Assembly (NCBI GenBank): GCA_052279835.1
Contig: CP181291.1
Span: 992,001 to 1,056,000 of the forward strand
Direction: 5' to 3'
Length of the DNA stretch: 64,000 nt
DNA from: Microcoleus sp.
Lineage (GTDB): Bacteria > Cyanobacteriota > Cyanobacteriia > Cyanobacteriales > Microcoleaceae
This document shows positions 54,152 to 64,000 of this stretch, in pieces; position 1 is the first letter of the stretch; each line of letters opens with the position of its first letter. Made by a program: the position numbers and the translations under genes. Under the pieces are notes generated by a model. That model saw only the letters and a list, made by a program, of their open reading frames with translations. It made no database searches and was not told the origin of the DNA.

Positions 54152-54781
54152 TTAATCTTCCTTCCAACGTTTTAGAGGCACACAGTCAATACCCAACTGG
54201 TCTAAAGTACGAGCCACCACAAAATCTACCAAATCTTCAATAGTTTGCGGATTGTGATACCAAGCAGGAATCGCTGGCACAATTCTAGCTCCAGCTTCTG
54301 CCAAAGTAGTCAAATTCCGCAGGTGAATCAAACTAAAAGGCGTTTCCCTGGGTACGAGTACCAATTTTCGCCCTTCCTTGAGTTGAACATCGGCCGCTCT
54401 TTCGAGCAAATCCGAACTCAAGCCAGCCGCTAATTTGCCCAGCGTACTCATGCTACAGGGAATAATGATCATCCCTTGGGTGCGAAAGGAGCCACTAGCA
54501 ATATTAGCACCGACATCTTGCCACGGATGACAGCGGAGTTTGCCCATTTTCGGGACTCCTGCTTTTTCCCGCCAGAATTCCTCTTGAAGCGTTGGTTCTG
54601 CGGGCATTCGGATGTTCTGTTCGCTTTGCCAAACCATGTAAGTAGATTTAGATGCTACCAGTTCCACAGCGCGATCGGCTTCCAAGAGATATTTGAGAGT
54701 TCGCACCGCGTAAATCAGTCCCGATGCACCAGTAACTCCTAGGATTAGAGGCTTGGCGCGGACTGAAACAGAATTCGTCAT
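54152..54781 (-). CDS. ubiX: Flavin prenyltransferase
   Basis: GVTGASG, ASGSF, PCSM.TL, RAADV.LKE.R.L.LVPRETP. Confidence 0.93.
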   Translation of the reverse strand: MTNSVSVRAKPLILGVTGASGLIYAVRTLKYLLEADRAVELVASKSTYMVWQSEQNIRMPAEPTLQEEFWREKAGVPKMGKLRCHPWQDVGANIASGSFRTQGMIIIPCSMSTLGKLAAGLSSDLLERAADVQLKEGRKLVLVPRETPFSLIHLRNLTTLAEAGARIVPAIPAWYHNPQTIEDLVDFVVARTLDQLGIDCVPLKRWKED

Positions 54782-55079
54782 GGGCAAATATCCAGCAATA
54801 AGCTCACTAATTATACCGCGATCGAATTACCCCAACATTGCCGACTTGATATTAATTATCTACTTCTTCCTTCTTCCTTCTTCCTTCTTACTTCTTCCTT
54901 CGCGTCCTTCGCGTCTTCGCGGTTCAATAATACTAATTCTTCTGGCACGAAAGCAGTAAAATTACCAATGTCGCCTTACGCAGCTTTTCTAAGTAGAGTT
55001 GGGTTTCGCTATCGCTCTACCCAACCTACAAAATAAAAAGGGTTAACCGTCAACAATCAAGTGTCAACAATCAACTGAG

Positions 55080-57453
55080 TTATTCATCATCATCAAAAGC
55101 TTGACTACCGCCACCAACAGCAACTAAATCAATTTGCTGGCGATAGTAGTCTACACTCTTGACTTGAACTTCTACCCGATCGCCCAAACGGTACTGATTG
55201 CGGTTTTTGCGGCCGACTAGAGTTTGTTGGCGCGATCGATATTCGTACCAATCATCCTTCAGGGAAGAAACGTGCACCAATCCTTCAACTCGCAGAATCT
55301 CACTCTCCGGTGGCCGCACCTCAATTTCCACAAAGAAACCATAGGATTGTACACCTGTAATCAAGCCCTGGAAAGTTTGCCCGGTGCGTTCTTTCATCAA
55401 TCCGGTTTTCTTCAAGCCTTGCAAATCGCTTTCAGCGTCCTCAGCAACCCTTTCCCGTTCCGTCAGGTGTACGACTACTGATGCGAACTCCGTCTCAAAT
55501 TCGTGGTGTAAGTCTGGGGGGAGAACATTCCAAGTAATTTGGCCGTGACAGGAGGAATGGTGCAGGTCAACTTTTTCCTTGGCCCGTGTGGTACGGCTGC
55601 TGCGGCCTTGCTCGAATACTGCTTGCAACAATCGCAGCACCAGTAAATCTGCATAGCGAGATAGTGGGGAAGTACAGCGCGTGTAACCTTCTGCCAAAGC
55701 TAAACCGAAGTGTGGCTTGGGTGTTGTGCTGTAAACCGCCGGCTTCATGGTGTCTTCCAGCAGGTAGGTGAGCACTCTTTCGGATTTCAATCCGGCAAAC
55801 TGCTGAGTAAATCGCTGAAAGTCTAGGGGCAGAACTTCTTCTTCGTTTTCTAGATACAGTTTCGCCTCCGAGGTTGTTGGAAAGTTTGATGAACTCTTGA
55901 ATGTCTGCATGATCTGGCATGGGCTGGACGCGGTAAATTCCGGGGACTCCCAAGGCTTGCAGGTGGGTGGCTACGGCTTGGTTGGCGAGTACAACTAATT
56001 CAGATACGGCGGACTGGGCTGGGGGGGCGATCGCAAATGCTCCCAATTCCCCTTCATCGTCGAAGTGAGAGTTGGCGTCGGGCAAATTTAGTTCAAAAGC
56101 TCCTCGTTGGAGCCTCGCCTTTCTGGCTGCCTGGGAGGCTGCGGAGATTTGCTCTAGGAAAGGACGAAGGGCTGTGGATAAAGGCTGAGTTTCGTCATCG
56201 GAGGTCGATGCCAGAATTGCTTCTGCTTGGTGATAGCTGAGCTGGTAGTCAATTTGAATGACGCTGGTTTGAATGGAGTATTCAACCAGTTCCCCGGATT
56301 CGTCAAGGGTGAGCAACACGCTGAAGGCCAGTCGTTCGGTGTCTGGTAGCAAAGAGCAGCGCTCGTGGACGATGGATGGTAGCACGGCGATGATTTTGTC
56401 TCCCAGATGGGCTGCTGTGCCTCGCTTGCGGGCTTCTCGGTCGATCGGGGTTTCGGGTTGCACGTACTCAGCGACGTCGGCGATGTGAATTCCGACTTGC
56501 CAACCTCCCGATTTCAGGGTTTCAATGGAGAGAGCACGTTCCACAGGCGGGTCCCACAGGAATGAGGCTGGATCGAATTCGTTTTCGGCTGTGGGAGAGA
56601 AACTTTCTGGCTCGGTTTCTGGGACATCATAATTTTTGTCGCTGTTGGTTTCTCCCGGTTCGTTGTTGCTGAAAGTGACTGTGAGGATGTTACGCAAATC
56701 CAGGCGTTTTTTGATGTCGGTTTTTTTGAGTTTGCTGGGTAAATTTTCGGCTGCTTTGATGACTGCTGGGGGAAACGATCGCGGTAAGTCGTGTTTGCAG
56801 CATACGATGTCGAGGTCGTCGGCGGCTTCGGCGTCGGAACCTAGTACCTGTACTACTTTTCCGACTGGGCGGTGGGTGCCGAGGGGATAGCGTTTGACTT
56901 CGACGTGTACCAGGTGGTCGATCGCCTCTTGCAGATTGGTACCGTTTGCCAGTAAGTCTAGTTCAAATAGCAGGCGATCGTCGAGGGGAATTGCTCTGTA
57001 GCTGAGTCGGCCGGTGGGGGTGGCTGTTTGCTTGACTCTGGCTAGTACCGAGGGGTTGGCGCGTTCGAGTATCAACATCACTTCGCCTTCGGGGGAACGG
57101 CGGCGGCTACCTTCTTTGATGATTTTGACTAAGACTCGATCGCCATTCCATGCTGTTGAGAGATGACTTTCCCGCACGTAAACGTCTTCTGAACCTTCGG
57201 CGTCTTGAATTGCGAAGCAAAATCCTTTGCTGGAACAGCGCAGTTTTGCTTCTACCACATCGTCTTCAGTTACTCGGCGATATCGACCTTTGTCTTTGAC
57301 TAAAATCCCAATTTTCTCTAGAGCTTCTAATGCGATTTGAAGTTTGAGTTGACTGGTGACATCATTGCAATCGAGTTTTTTCTCTAATGCTTTGGGAGCC
57401 ACTAATTTGTCTTCTGTAAAATTGGCCAACAGTGCAGCGATAGAAAATTCCAT
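55080..57453 (-). CDS. rnr: Ribonuclease R family exoribonuclease; +1 frameshift near 55860
   Basis: KGFCFA, HIADV, TSPLSRYADL, S1 domain EGLVHVSSL; the two frames join at NNLGGE-LYLENEEE. Confidence 0.88.
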
Positions 57454-57931
57454 GTAGCGATCGATCCTCTTTTTTCCAGCAATTAGTCTAATTTTGGCGA
57501 AATCCGCCACGCTCTTTCCCGCTTTCGCTGTGCTTACACGCCCTAGATCTGGCGGGGGTTAGTTAGGTGTAGACAAGCACAGCCACCTAGTTTGAGCGCG
57601 GGATTTTTTTAGGAAATTCTCTCCCGACTCTGGTGGTGGCAAATTTTCTGCTGTCTGTCTTCAACTGACTTCTGACGGTGCAGAAAACTGTCTCTTACCC
57701 TTACTACTTTTGCTTAGTTGCTTTGCCATTTCCGATAGGTAGAAATGACCTGACGGTGGCTGTTAGCTTAAACCGCGGGATGTGGCATGGGGTTTAGTGG
57801 CGTGAAAGGTTGCGCGGATGATTCACCTTTAATTTATTGTATGTTGAATAGGTGCTTTCAGAAAATTGTTTTTTCGCTGATTGTACTACACTTAAGCCAT
57901 AAGCCCCATCTGGTTTCGGGGTCAAAACATT

Positions 57932-58861
57932 ATGTTTGCTCAATTTCGCGCCCTTTATCCCACTGGACAGTTAATTTGTGAATTGCTGACTGTTCATCAC
58001 GGCAAGTTTGTGGTTCGCTGTCTGCTTCAGGTTGATGGCAAAACTCTCGCTACAGGTATGTCGGCTGCTGAGTCGGTTGAGGATGCTGAGGACCGCGCTC
58101 GGTTGCGATCGCTCGCTGTCCTCGGATTTGATCCGGCTCAACCTCCGACGATCGCCCATGTTTCTCCGGCTCCCGTGGCCCCTCCGGCTCCCGTGGCCCC
58201 TCCGGCTCCCGTGGCCCCTCCGGCTCCCGTGGCACCTCCTGTGTTAGAAAGGCCTGTTACTACTGACAATTTTGCTTTACCACATCAGAGCAATTTTGTC
58301 AATACTCCATCGCCATTAATCGAAGAGGCGATCGCACCGATACCGGAACCCTTGCCCCCTATGGTCGATCAAACGGTGACAGCATCTAGAGAGGAATTTG
58401 ACTCCGATGCTTGGCTGTCTTCCAGCTACGGCGCACCGATTCAGGAACGGGAGATGCCAAGGGCTAGCCAAACTGAAATTTTACAGGGGGCTGCCGAAGT
58501 CAGGGACTTGGAACCAATTGCTGTTGGGATTCCGAGTGATGCGATCGAGGATATTTCTGAGACGATCGCCCAAGTCGAAGCCACCATGAAGCGCCTGAAA
58601 TGGACTAAAAAACAAGAAACTGACTGTCTGCAACAAAATTACGGTAAACTATCCCAGGCACTGCTGTCTGCGGGCGAGTTGGTAGACTTCCTAGAATACC
58701 TGGAAATCTACAGCAGAACCACTGATGAAATCAAGCGCTTGGGCTGGAGTCCCAGTCAAGGAAAGGATTATCTCAAACAAGGTTACGGTAAGGAAGCGCG
58801 ACACTTCTTAAGTAGGGAGGAATTGTTTGACTTTCTGCAATATCTGGAATCTTTACCTTAA
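57932..58861 (+). CDS. Conserved cyanobacterial hypothetical protein with Pro-rich linker
   Basis: N-terminal LATG..AAE.VE.AEDRAR.R.L; duplicated C-terminal W...Q..D.L...YGK....LLS..EL.DFL.YLE. Confidence 0.75.
   Translation: MFAQFRALYPTGQLICELLTVHHGKFVVRCLLQVDGKTLATGMSAAESVEDAEDRARLRSLAVLGFDPAQPPTIAHVSPAPVAPPAPVAPPAPVAPPAPVAPPVLERPVTTDNFALPHQSNFVNTPSPLIEEAIAPIPEPLPPMVDQTVTASREEFDSDAWLSSSYGAPIQEREMPRASQTEILQGAAEVRDLEPIAVGIPSDAIEDISETIAQVEATMKRLKWTKKQETDCLQQNYGKLSQALLSAGELVDFLEYLEIYSRTTDEIKRLGWSPSQGKDYLKQGYGKEARHFLSREELFDFLQYLESLP
58164..58235 (+). repeat. In-frame 18-bp tandem repeat x4 (PAPVAP)
   Basis: CTCCGGCTCCCGTGGCCC units. Confidence 0.95.
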
Positions 58862-59282
58862 TAACGTAAGTAAAGCCACTTAAAAAAACAGAATAGAACT
58901 CTTGCAAAAGTCAAATTTATCCCCCTTAGTCCCCCCTTATTAAGGGGGGAAACAACAATAATATTACCCCCTCCCCTTAGTAAGGCTATGCTTTATAAAC
59001 ATCTTTCTTAACAATAAAGTTGACAAAAGTAACTACTTGTGTAGGAGCTATTGGGGCGATCGCTTCTGATCTAGTACGAATTATCCTGCACAAGTAGTGT
59101 TCAATGTATCTCACTCTTTCAATAAGTTTGCTCAAGTGCGATCGGGGTTTTTCCCGATCGCACATTTTGGACAAACAGGATTAAATATTTTTCTGCCCTT
59201 GGTGGCGGTTTACCAAAATTATCACGCTCGATCATCACCCAATTTGTCATCACAGCCATTTTACCCGTCTCAACATACCGAT

Positions 59283-59520
59283 TCAAGTTGTTTTAAGTTG
59301 ATTAAATAGCAGACAACCCATCACAATATCATCCAATCTTCTCAATCCACGCCACAAGGTTTTAACTCCCGGAAAACCATCATCTTTTCTGCCCAAAAAA
59401 CCTCCCAATTTAGCAATCCAACCAACCGCTTACCCTAAAGTTGGTGGGTAAAAATGAGAATAACTTTTGTGATAAATTGTTGCATAAAGAGCCTGCCATT
59501 CTGGAGGTTATAACATAGCC
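59283..59520 (-). pseudogene. IS4-family (IS50/Tn5-like) transposase C-terminal remnant
   Basis: Minus frame reads EWQALYATIY...PPTLG*AVGWIAKLGGFLGRKDDGFPGVKTLWRGLRRL, with internal stops. Confidence 0.8.
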
Positions 59521-59574
59521 CGATGCCGGATACTTCGACTACCCTGGACACAAGTGCCCAATGCCCTATTACCA

Positions 59575-60486
59575 TTATTCCATTAATCCTAATTTTCGCA
59601 ATCGCGAACGAATCGCCCCAGATTGTCTCTGAAATTTCTTGGCTAATTCGCCAATTTTTTGACCGCTAGCATATTCATTCTTCAACTTCTCATCTTCTTC
59701 TCGACTCCACTTGACATAAGCTCTGGGATACTTCTGTCTAATTTTTTCAACATCATAGCTTTTAGGTCGATCGCCATTTAAGCCGGAATCCAAATTTCGG
59801 TTGATTTCCCCGCCGTGACGCTCTACCGCCTCCTGTACCTGGTTAGGAATAGTAGCAATTTCTTGGGATAGCTCACCCAAAGCCTTTTCTACTTGTTGCT
59901 GAAGTTCTGTTAGCTGTCGTTGCTGCAAATTTCCCCACTGCGGCAGTTCGTTGATAAATTGCTGCAAATCGAGAATGATTGTTGTCAAAGTTTCGACTTG
60001 TTGTAACTCTGGCCGCTGTTTGAATTGGCGGCTGGTAATTTCGATCTCGGTTTGAATCATTTTCATGGTTTTTTCTAAAATTATTAACCGCTGACGCATA
60101 TTTTCAACGGCTGAAATTAAAGAATGTACGTTCTCTCCCGGTTGAGCATTGATATTTTCGTTTGCTGTTTGGGGCAGAGCTTGATCTAAGGATTTTACGG
60201 CAATTTGTAATTGTTCGATCGCACGATCGGTTGTTGTCGCGTGTCGATCTACCCGATCGAACGTTGAAGCCGTACTCATCCTAATTTGCTGCTGCAACTT
60301 CTGTCGATTCACAAAATTCAACAGTAGCGCAATGGCGATCGGCACTTGGGCGTAAATGCTCTGCTGGAAAACCAAACTAGCAGCTAATCCAACGGCAGAG
60401 ACCGCCAAAAAAAACAATTCAGCAGTTTCTGACAAATTGGTCAATTTGGGATTTTGGATTTTGGTTTTTGAATTGGATGAGGACAT
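59575..60486 (-). CDS. Hypothetical protein: two TM segments, coiled coil and C-terminal Myb-like HTH
   Basis: KYPRAY.KWS.EEDEKL..EY.SG..I.ELAKKFQRQSGAIRSRLRKLG. Confidence 0.7.
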   Translation of the reverse strand: MSSSNSKTKIQNPKLTNLSETAELFFLAVSAVGLAASLVFQQSIYAQVPIAIALLLNFVNRQKLQQQIRMSTASTFDRVDRHATTTDRAIEQLQIAVKSLDQALPQTANENINAQPGENVHSLISAVENMRQRLIILEKTMKMIQTEIEITSRQFKQRPELQQVETLTTIILDLQQFINELPQWGNLQQRQLTELQQQVEKALGELSQEIATIPNQVQEAVERHGGEINRNLDSGLNGDRPKSYDVEKIRQKYPRAYVKWSREEDEKLKNEYASGQKIGELAKKFQRQSGAIRSRLRKLGLME

Positions 60487-60613
60487 ATGTTAAATGGGAA
60501 TTGCGAATTGGGAATTGCGAATTAGAAATTAGTAATTGATACTTGGTAGGCTCTACATTACCTAATTTAAAATTACTATCGGTTTTTGATGTATCTAAAT
60601 CTACTTAAATATA

Positions 60614-62011
60614 TTAAACCTGCAAAATTAATCGAGCTAAAGAAAAATAAATTAAGACACCGAGGACATCAACTGCGGTAGTGATAAAGGGTGCGGACAT
60701 CAAAGCCGGGTCTAAACCCAAAGAACGAAATAAAAAGGGCAAAGCTGAACCTGCAATCGAAGCTAACATTGCGATCGCCAACAAACTGATCCCTACTGCG
60801 ATCGCCACTGCTAAATTCCCTTGCAGAATATAAGCCCAAACAGTGGCCACCGTCCCCAATATAGCTCCTAGCAGCGCTCCCGCCATCCCCTCGCGGACAA
60901 TTATTTTCAACGGCCCCATGGCTGTAATTTCATCGGTGTTCAAACCGCGAATTACCACCGTTGAGGACTGGGCTCCCACATTACCTCCCGTACCTGTCAG
61001 CAATGGAATAAAGGCTGCTAGAGCTACAACTTGCTGCAAAATATCTTCTTGAGCTCGAATAATTGCCCCCGTAACAGTATTAGTTAAGAGCAGCACAAAT
61101 AGCCAAACTACCCTTTTGCGAGCAACGGTGATTAAATCGGTCTGAAAATAATTGTCACCGCCGGACTGAACACCGCCGAGGGTATAAATATCTTTGGCTG
61201 CTTCTTGTTCCAAAATGTCGATCGCATCATCCACTGTAATAATACCGACGAGACGCTGTTCCCGGTCTACTACCGGCACTGCCAAAAAATCATAACGCTG
61301 GATCAGCCTAGCGACTTCTTCTTGGTCAGTACCAGTTTGAACTGAAACCACCTCGCGAGTCATAATTTCACCGACAGTTTTGTCCAGGGGAGAAGTGACT
61401 AAATCCCGCAAGGACAAAATACCCGTTAAACAGCGACCGGCATCGGTGACATAAAGAGAATAAATTGTTTCGGTAGTCTTAGCCAAAGATCGGATTCTAT
61501 CTAAAGCTTGGGTGACGGTAAAGCTTTCTTTGAGAGAGATGTATTCTGGGGTCATGATCCGACCGGCGGTACTAGCTTCGTAACCCAAAAGTTGAGCCGT
61601 CGCTTCCCGTTCCGTTGGGCTCAATTCACCCAACAGGCGACGGACTAATATTGCCGGTAGTTCGTCAAATAGTTTAGCGCGATCGTCCGGTGACATTTTG
61701 TCTACAATGTCAATAACTTCTTGGCGTTTGAATTTTTCACACAGAGACTGCTGGACGCTGGAGTCGAGATATTCGTACACTCCGATGGCTTCGTCTTTAG
61801 CCAGCAAACGAAAAGCGATCACCTGCATAGTTTCTGGTAAACCTTCGATGGCTTCAGCGATGTCAGCTTCCTGCACCGGCTGCAAAATCGCTTTTGCTCC
61901 TGTCCAGTCTCCTTGTTCCAGCAGGGCCTTTAATTGCGATCGGACTAATTCCCGCAATTCTTTTCGCGCGTAGGTCGGTAGCGAAGATAATTGATAATTG
62001 TTTTCTGTCAC
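60614..62011 (-). CDS. mgtE: Magnesium transporter MgtE
   Basis: AGRIMT.EY, CBS pair, GIITVDD, GGNVGAQS, DPALMSAPFITTAVD. Confidence 0.96.
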   Translation of the reverse strand: MTENNYQLSSLPTYARKELRELVRSQLKALLEQGDWTGAKAILQPVQEADIAEAIEGLPETMQVIAFRLLAKDEAIGVYEYLDSSVQQSLCEKFKRQEVIDIVDKMSPDDRAKLFDELPAILVRRLLGELSPTEREATAQLLGYEASTAGRIMTPEYISLKESFTVTQALDRIRSLAKTTETIYSLYVTDAGRCLTGILSLRDLVTSPLDKTVGEIMTREVVSVQTGTDQEEVARLIQRYDFLAVPVVDREQRLVGIITVDDAIDILEQEAAKDIYTLGGVQSGGDNYFQTDLITVARKRVVWLFVLLLTNTVTGAIIRAQEDILQQVVALAAFIPLLTGTGGNVGAQSSTVVIRGLNTDEITAMGPLKIIVREGMAGALLGAILGTVATVWAYILQGNLAVAIAVGISLLAIAMLASIAGSALPFLFRSLGLDPALMSAPFITTAVDVLGVLIYFSLARLILQV

Positions 62012-62249
62012 CTGCGACCCTCCTAAACCTGTGCTGCGCGCGTTTCTACATCCAGTCTATAACCTATTGACACCCATGGTTACAGTTATCAGACTTATAA
62101 TGAGGATAAACTATGTTAATTTTTAAATGCCTCACCATCTCAATCAAAATGTATCCTACAAATCATGTTTCTTGGTGTTATTTTTGGTAAGTAAGTCCTC
62201 CTAATTAAATGCAAGATCCAAATCGCTCAAAAGCTTACTGGCTTGCTAT

Positions 62250-62320
62250 TAGACATCTCCCATAATTCCTGTGGAACAGGCATCCTGCCTGTTGTTGACT
62301 ATCTTTTTAGGAGATGTCTA
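62250..62320. repeat. Small TIR-bounded element enclosing a REP-like hairpin
   Basis: 11-bp inverted ends TAGACATCTCC / GGAGATGTCTA around ACAGGCATCCTGCCTGT. Confidence 0.55.
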
Positions 62321-62399
62321 TTCTTCACATCGATCTTCCCCCCTTGGGGGGGGGCAGGGGGGGTCCTCTTCCTTCTTCCTTCTACTTATCTGGAACTGC

Positions 62400-64000
62400 T
62401 TAAACCAACAATTGATATTTTTCTTGTGCTAAACGGTAAAGCGGACGCCACACCAAACGGTTAGTTAATACAACCAACAGCGACATCACAGAAGTAGCAG
62501 CCAATAACAAGGGAAAATTACCGGAAGCTGTCGCCTGAGAAATAGTTTCTCCCAAACCCTCTGTCATAATTATTTCACCTTTAAACTGCACGTATTCACT
62601 AACAATACTGGCATTCCAAGCACCGCCAACCGCCGTAATAATCCCTGTAATTAAATAGGGGAATATTCCCGGCAATATTAAATTTGTCCACCGCTGAATC
62701 AGGGAGAGTTTATAAACTTGTGCAGCTTCAAATAACTCAGAAGGTATTGCTTGAGCACCAGCAATCACATTAAATAATAAATACCACATAGTACCTAACA
62801 TCATCAAGGCCACGGAACCAATTTGTAAGCCACCACCCGCGTGAATTAAAGCTAGCAATAATACTGGGAATAAAGCCGTTGCTGGTACAGAAGCAGCTAT
62901 TTGTACTAAGGGTTGCAAAATCTGAGCTAAACGCGGATTTCGACCGATCGCCACTCCGACTGGTACTGTCCACAACAGCGATAAAAATAGGGCGCAGATG
63001 ACTCGCAAAGCTGTGAAAATTGCACCTCCAATCACTTTTTGCCAGTCGCCCAAACTCAGCATTCGCAGCAACAGCACGGCTTCCCAAGTTCCCCAAAGCA
63101 CAATGACGGCAAACCCGCTGACAAATATCCAATTAATCCAATTACCAAGGGGATTTGTTTGTTGGGGATTTTTGGGTAAATTAGCTGGTGCAAAAGCTCT
63201 GGCTAAACCGCGATCGAAATTGTCCCCGATCGGCGCAATTCGAGATTTCAACATCCGCAGCGTCGCCGATCGCCTGAAAAAATCCAAAACATTTGACTGA
63301 GGTACATTCGCCGCTTCCACAGCTTGATATTTAAACTTTTCTGCCCAAGCAATCAAAGGCTGCCATACAAAAAAGTCAATGGCTATAATCACACCGATTA
63401 AAACTGCTAAGCCCCAGCCGATCGCGCCAAAATTTCCTTCATTGGCCGCCTTACCCAAATAGGAACCAAGTCCCGGCAGTTGAAAGTTTTTGTCTCCCAA
63501 AGTAAAAGACTCGATCGCAATCAAAAAGAACCAACCCCCAGCTACGGACATGACGCTATTCCACACCAGCCCGATCGCACCAGCGGGTAACTCTAGAGTC
63601 CAAAACTGCTGCCAAGCATTAAGTCGGTAAACTTTAGCAGCTTCCTTAAGTTCTTGGGGAATGCCAGAGAGAGACTGATAAAAGCTAAAGGTCAGATTCC
63701 AAGTCATCCCTGTAAAGATGAGGATAACTGATGCTATTTCTACGCCGATTCTTTGACCGGGAAATAAAGTAATTAGCGCTAAAACTACTCCCGGCAAAAA
63801 AGATAAAACCGGAATTGATTGTAAAATATCTAATAACGGAATTAAAATTTTAGCAACTAGGGGAGAACGGTAAGCAGAATAAGCATAAACTAAGGTAAAA
63901 AGTAGAGATAAGAAATAAGCTATTGCCATCCGTAAAAGAGTCTGGGCTGTATATATTGGCAAGACACTTAGTGTTGTCTCAATTTTGAAATTAGGGTTGT
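62400..64000 (-). CDS. ABC transporter permease, NitT/TauT type with duplicated TM domain (5' partial)
   Basis: LDILQSIPVLSF, SVAGGWFFL, GGAWNASIVSE; frame open to the window edge. Confidence 0.9.
   Translation of the reverse strand, partial: NPNFKIETTLSVLPIYTAQTLLRMAIAYFLSLLFTLVYAYSAYRSPLVAKILIPLLDILQSIPVLSFLPGVVLALITLFPGQRIGVEIASVILIFTGMTWNLTFSFYQSLSGIPQELKEAAKVYRLNAWQQFWTLELPAGAIGLVWNSVMSVAGGWFFLIAIESFTLGDKNFQLPGLGSYLGKAANEGNFGAIGWGLAVLIGVIIAIDFFVWQPLIAWAEKFKYQAVEAANVPQSNVLDFFRRSATLRMLKSRIAPIGDNFDRGLARAFAPANLPKNPQQTNPLGNWINWIFVSGFAVIVLWGTWEAVLLLRMLSLGDWQKVIGGAIFTALRVICALFLSLLWTVPVGVAIGRNPRLAQILQPLVQIAASVPATALFPVLLLALIHAGGGLQIGSVALMMLGTMWYLLFNVIAGAQAIPSELFEAAQVYKLSLIQRWTNLILPGIFPYLITGIITAVGGAWNASIVSEYVQFKGEIIMTEGLGETISQATASGNFPLLLAATSVMSLLVVLTNRLVWRPLYRLAQEKYQLLV

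Noticed and set aside
58986..59174. Phd/YefM antitoxin remnant (SHLSKLIERV)
   Set aside because: Similarity too short and no credible start codon

Overview
64 kb of chromosome from a filamentous cyanobacterium. Evidence: dense HIP1 GCGATCGC, psbA and heptamer STRR-type arrays. The repeat types suggest Oscillatoriales/Microcoleaceae (inference). Housekeeping genes (group-2 sigma factor, psbA, cofG, alpha-amylase, cpdA, tRNA-Cys, ArsA/GET3, GST, icd, ahcY, coaE, aroK, ubiX, rnr, mgtE, ABC transporters) alternate with accessory DNA: three Uma2 genes, several intact or broken toxin-antitoxin modules, MITE-like elements and transposase remnants. The best candidate new system is a HIP1-poor, tightly coupled operon just after tRNA-Cys. 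It encodes a NurA-like nuclease, a HerA-like ATPase ending in an SSB-like EDIPF tail, an unannotated 46-aa ORF, an amino-DNA methyltransferase and an AlbA_2/HATPase protein, and looks like a restriction-modification-like defence module. The second candidate is a five-gene AAA+ ATPase operon with repeated unknown domains, which truncates a GNAT toxin gene and lies divergent from a STAND ATPase. Also seen: a PatX/PatS-like ERGSGR peptide gene with a HetR-box-like palindrome upstream, a probable expanded 6S RNA, and five +1 frameshifts that can all be placed at GAAC->GAAAC, probably a systematic sequencing artefact. All family calls come from motif recognition by eye; no searches were run.
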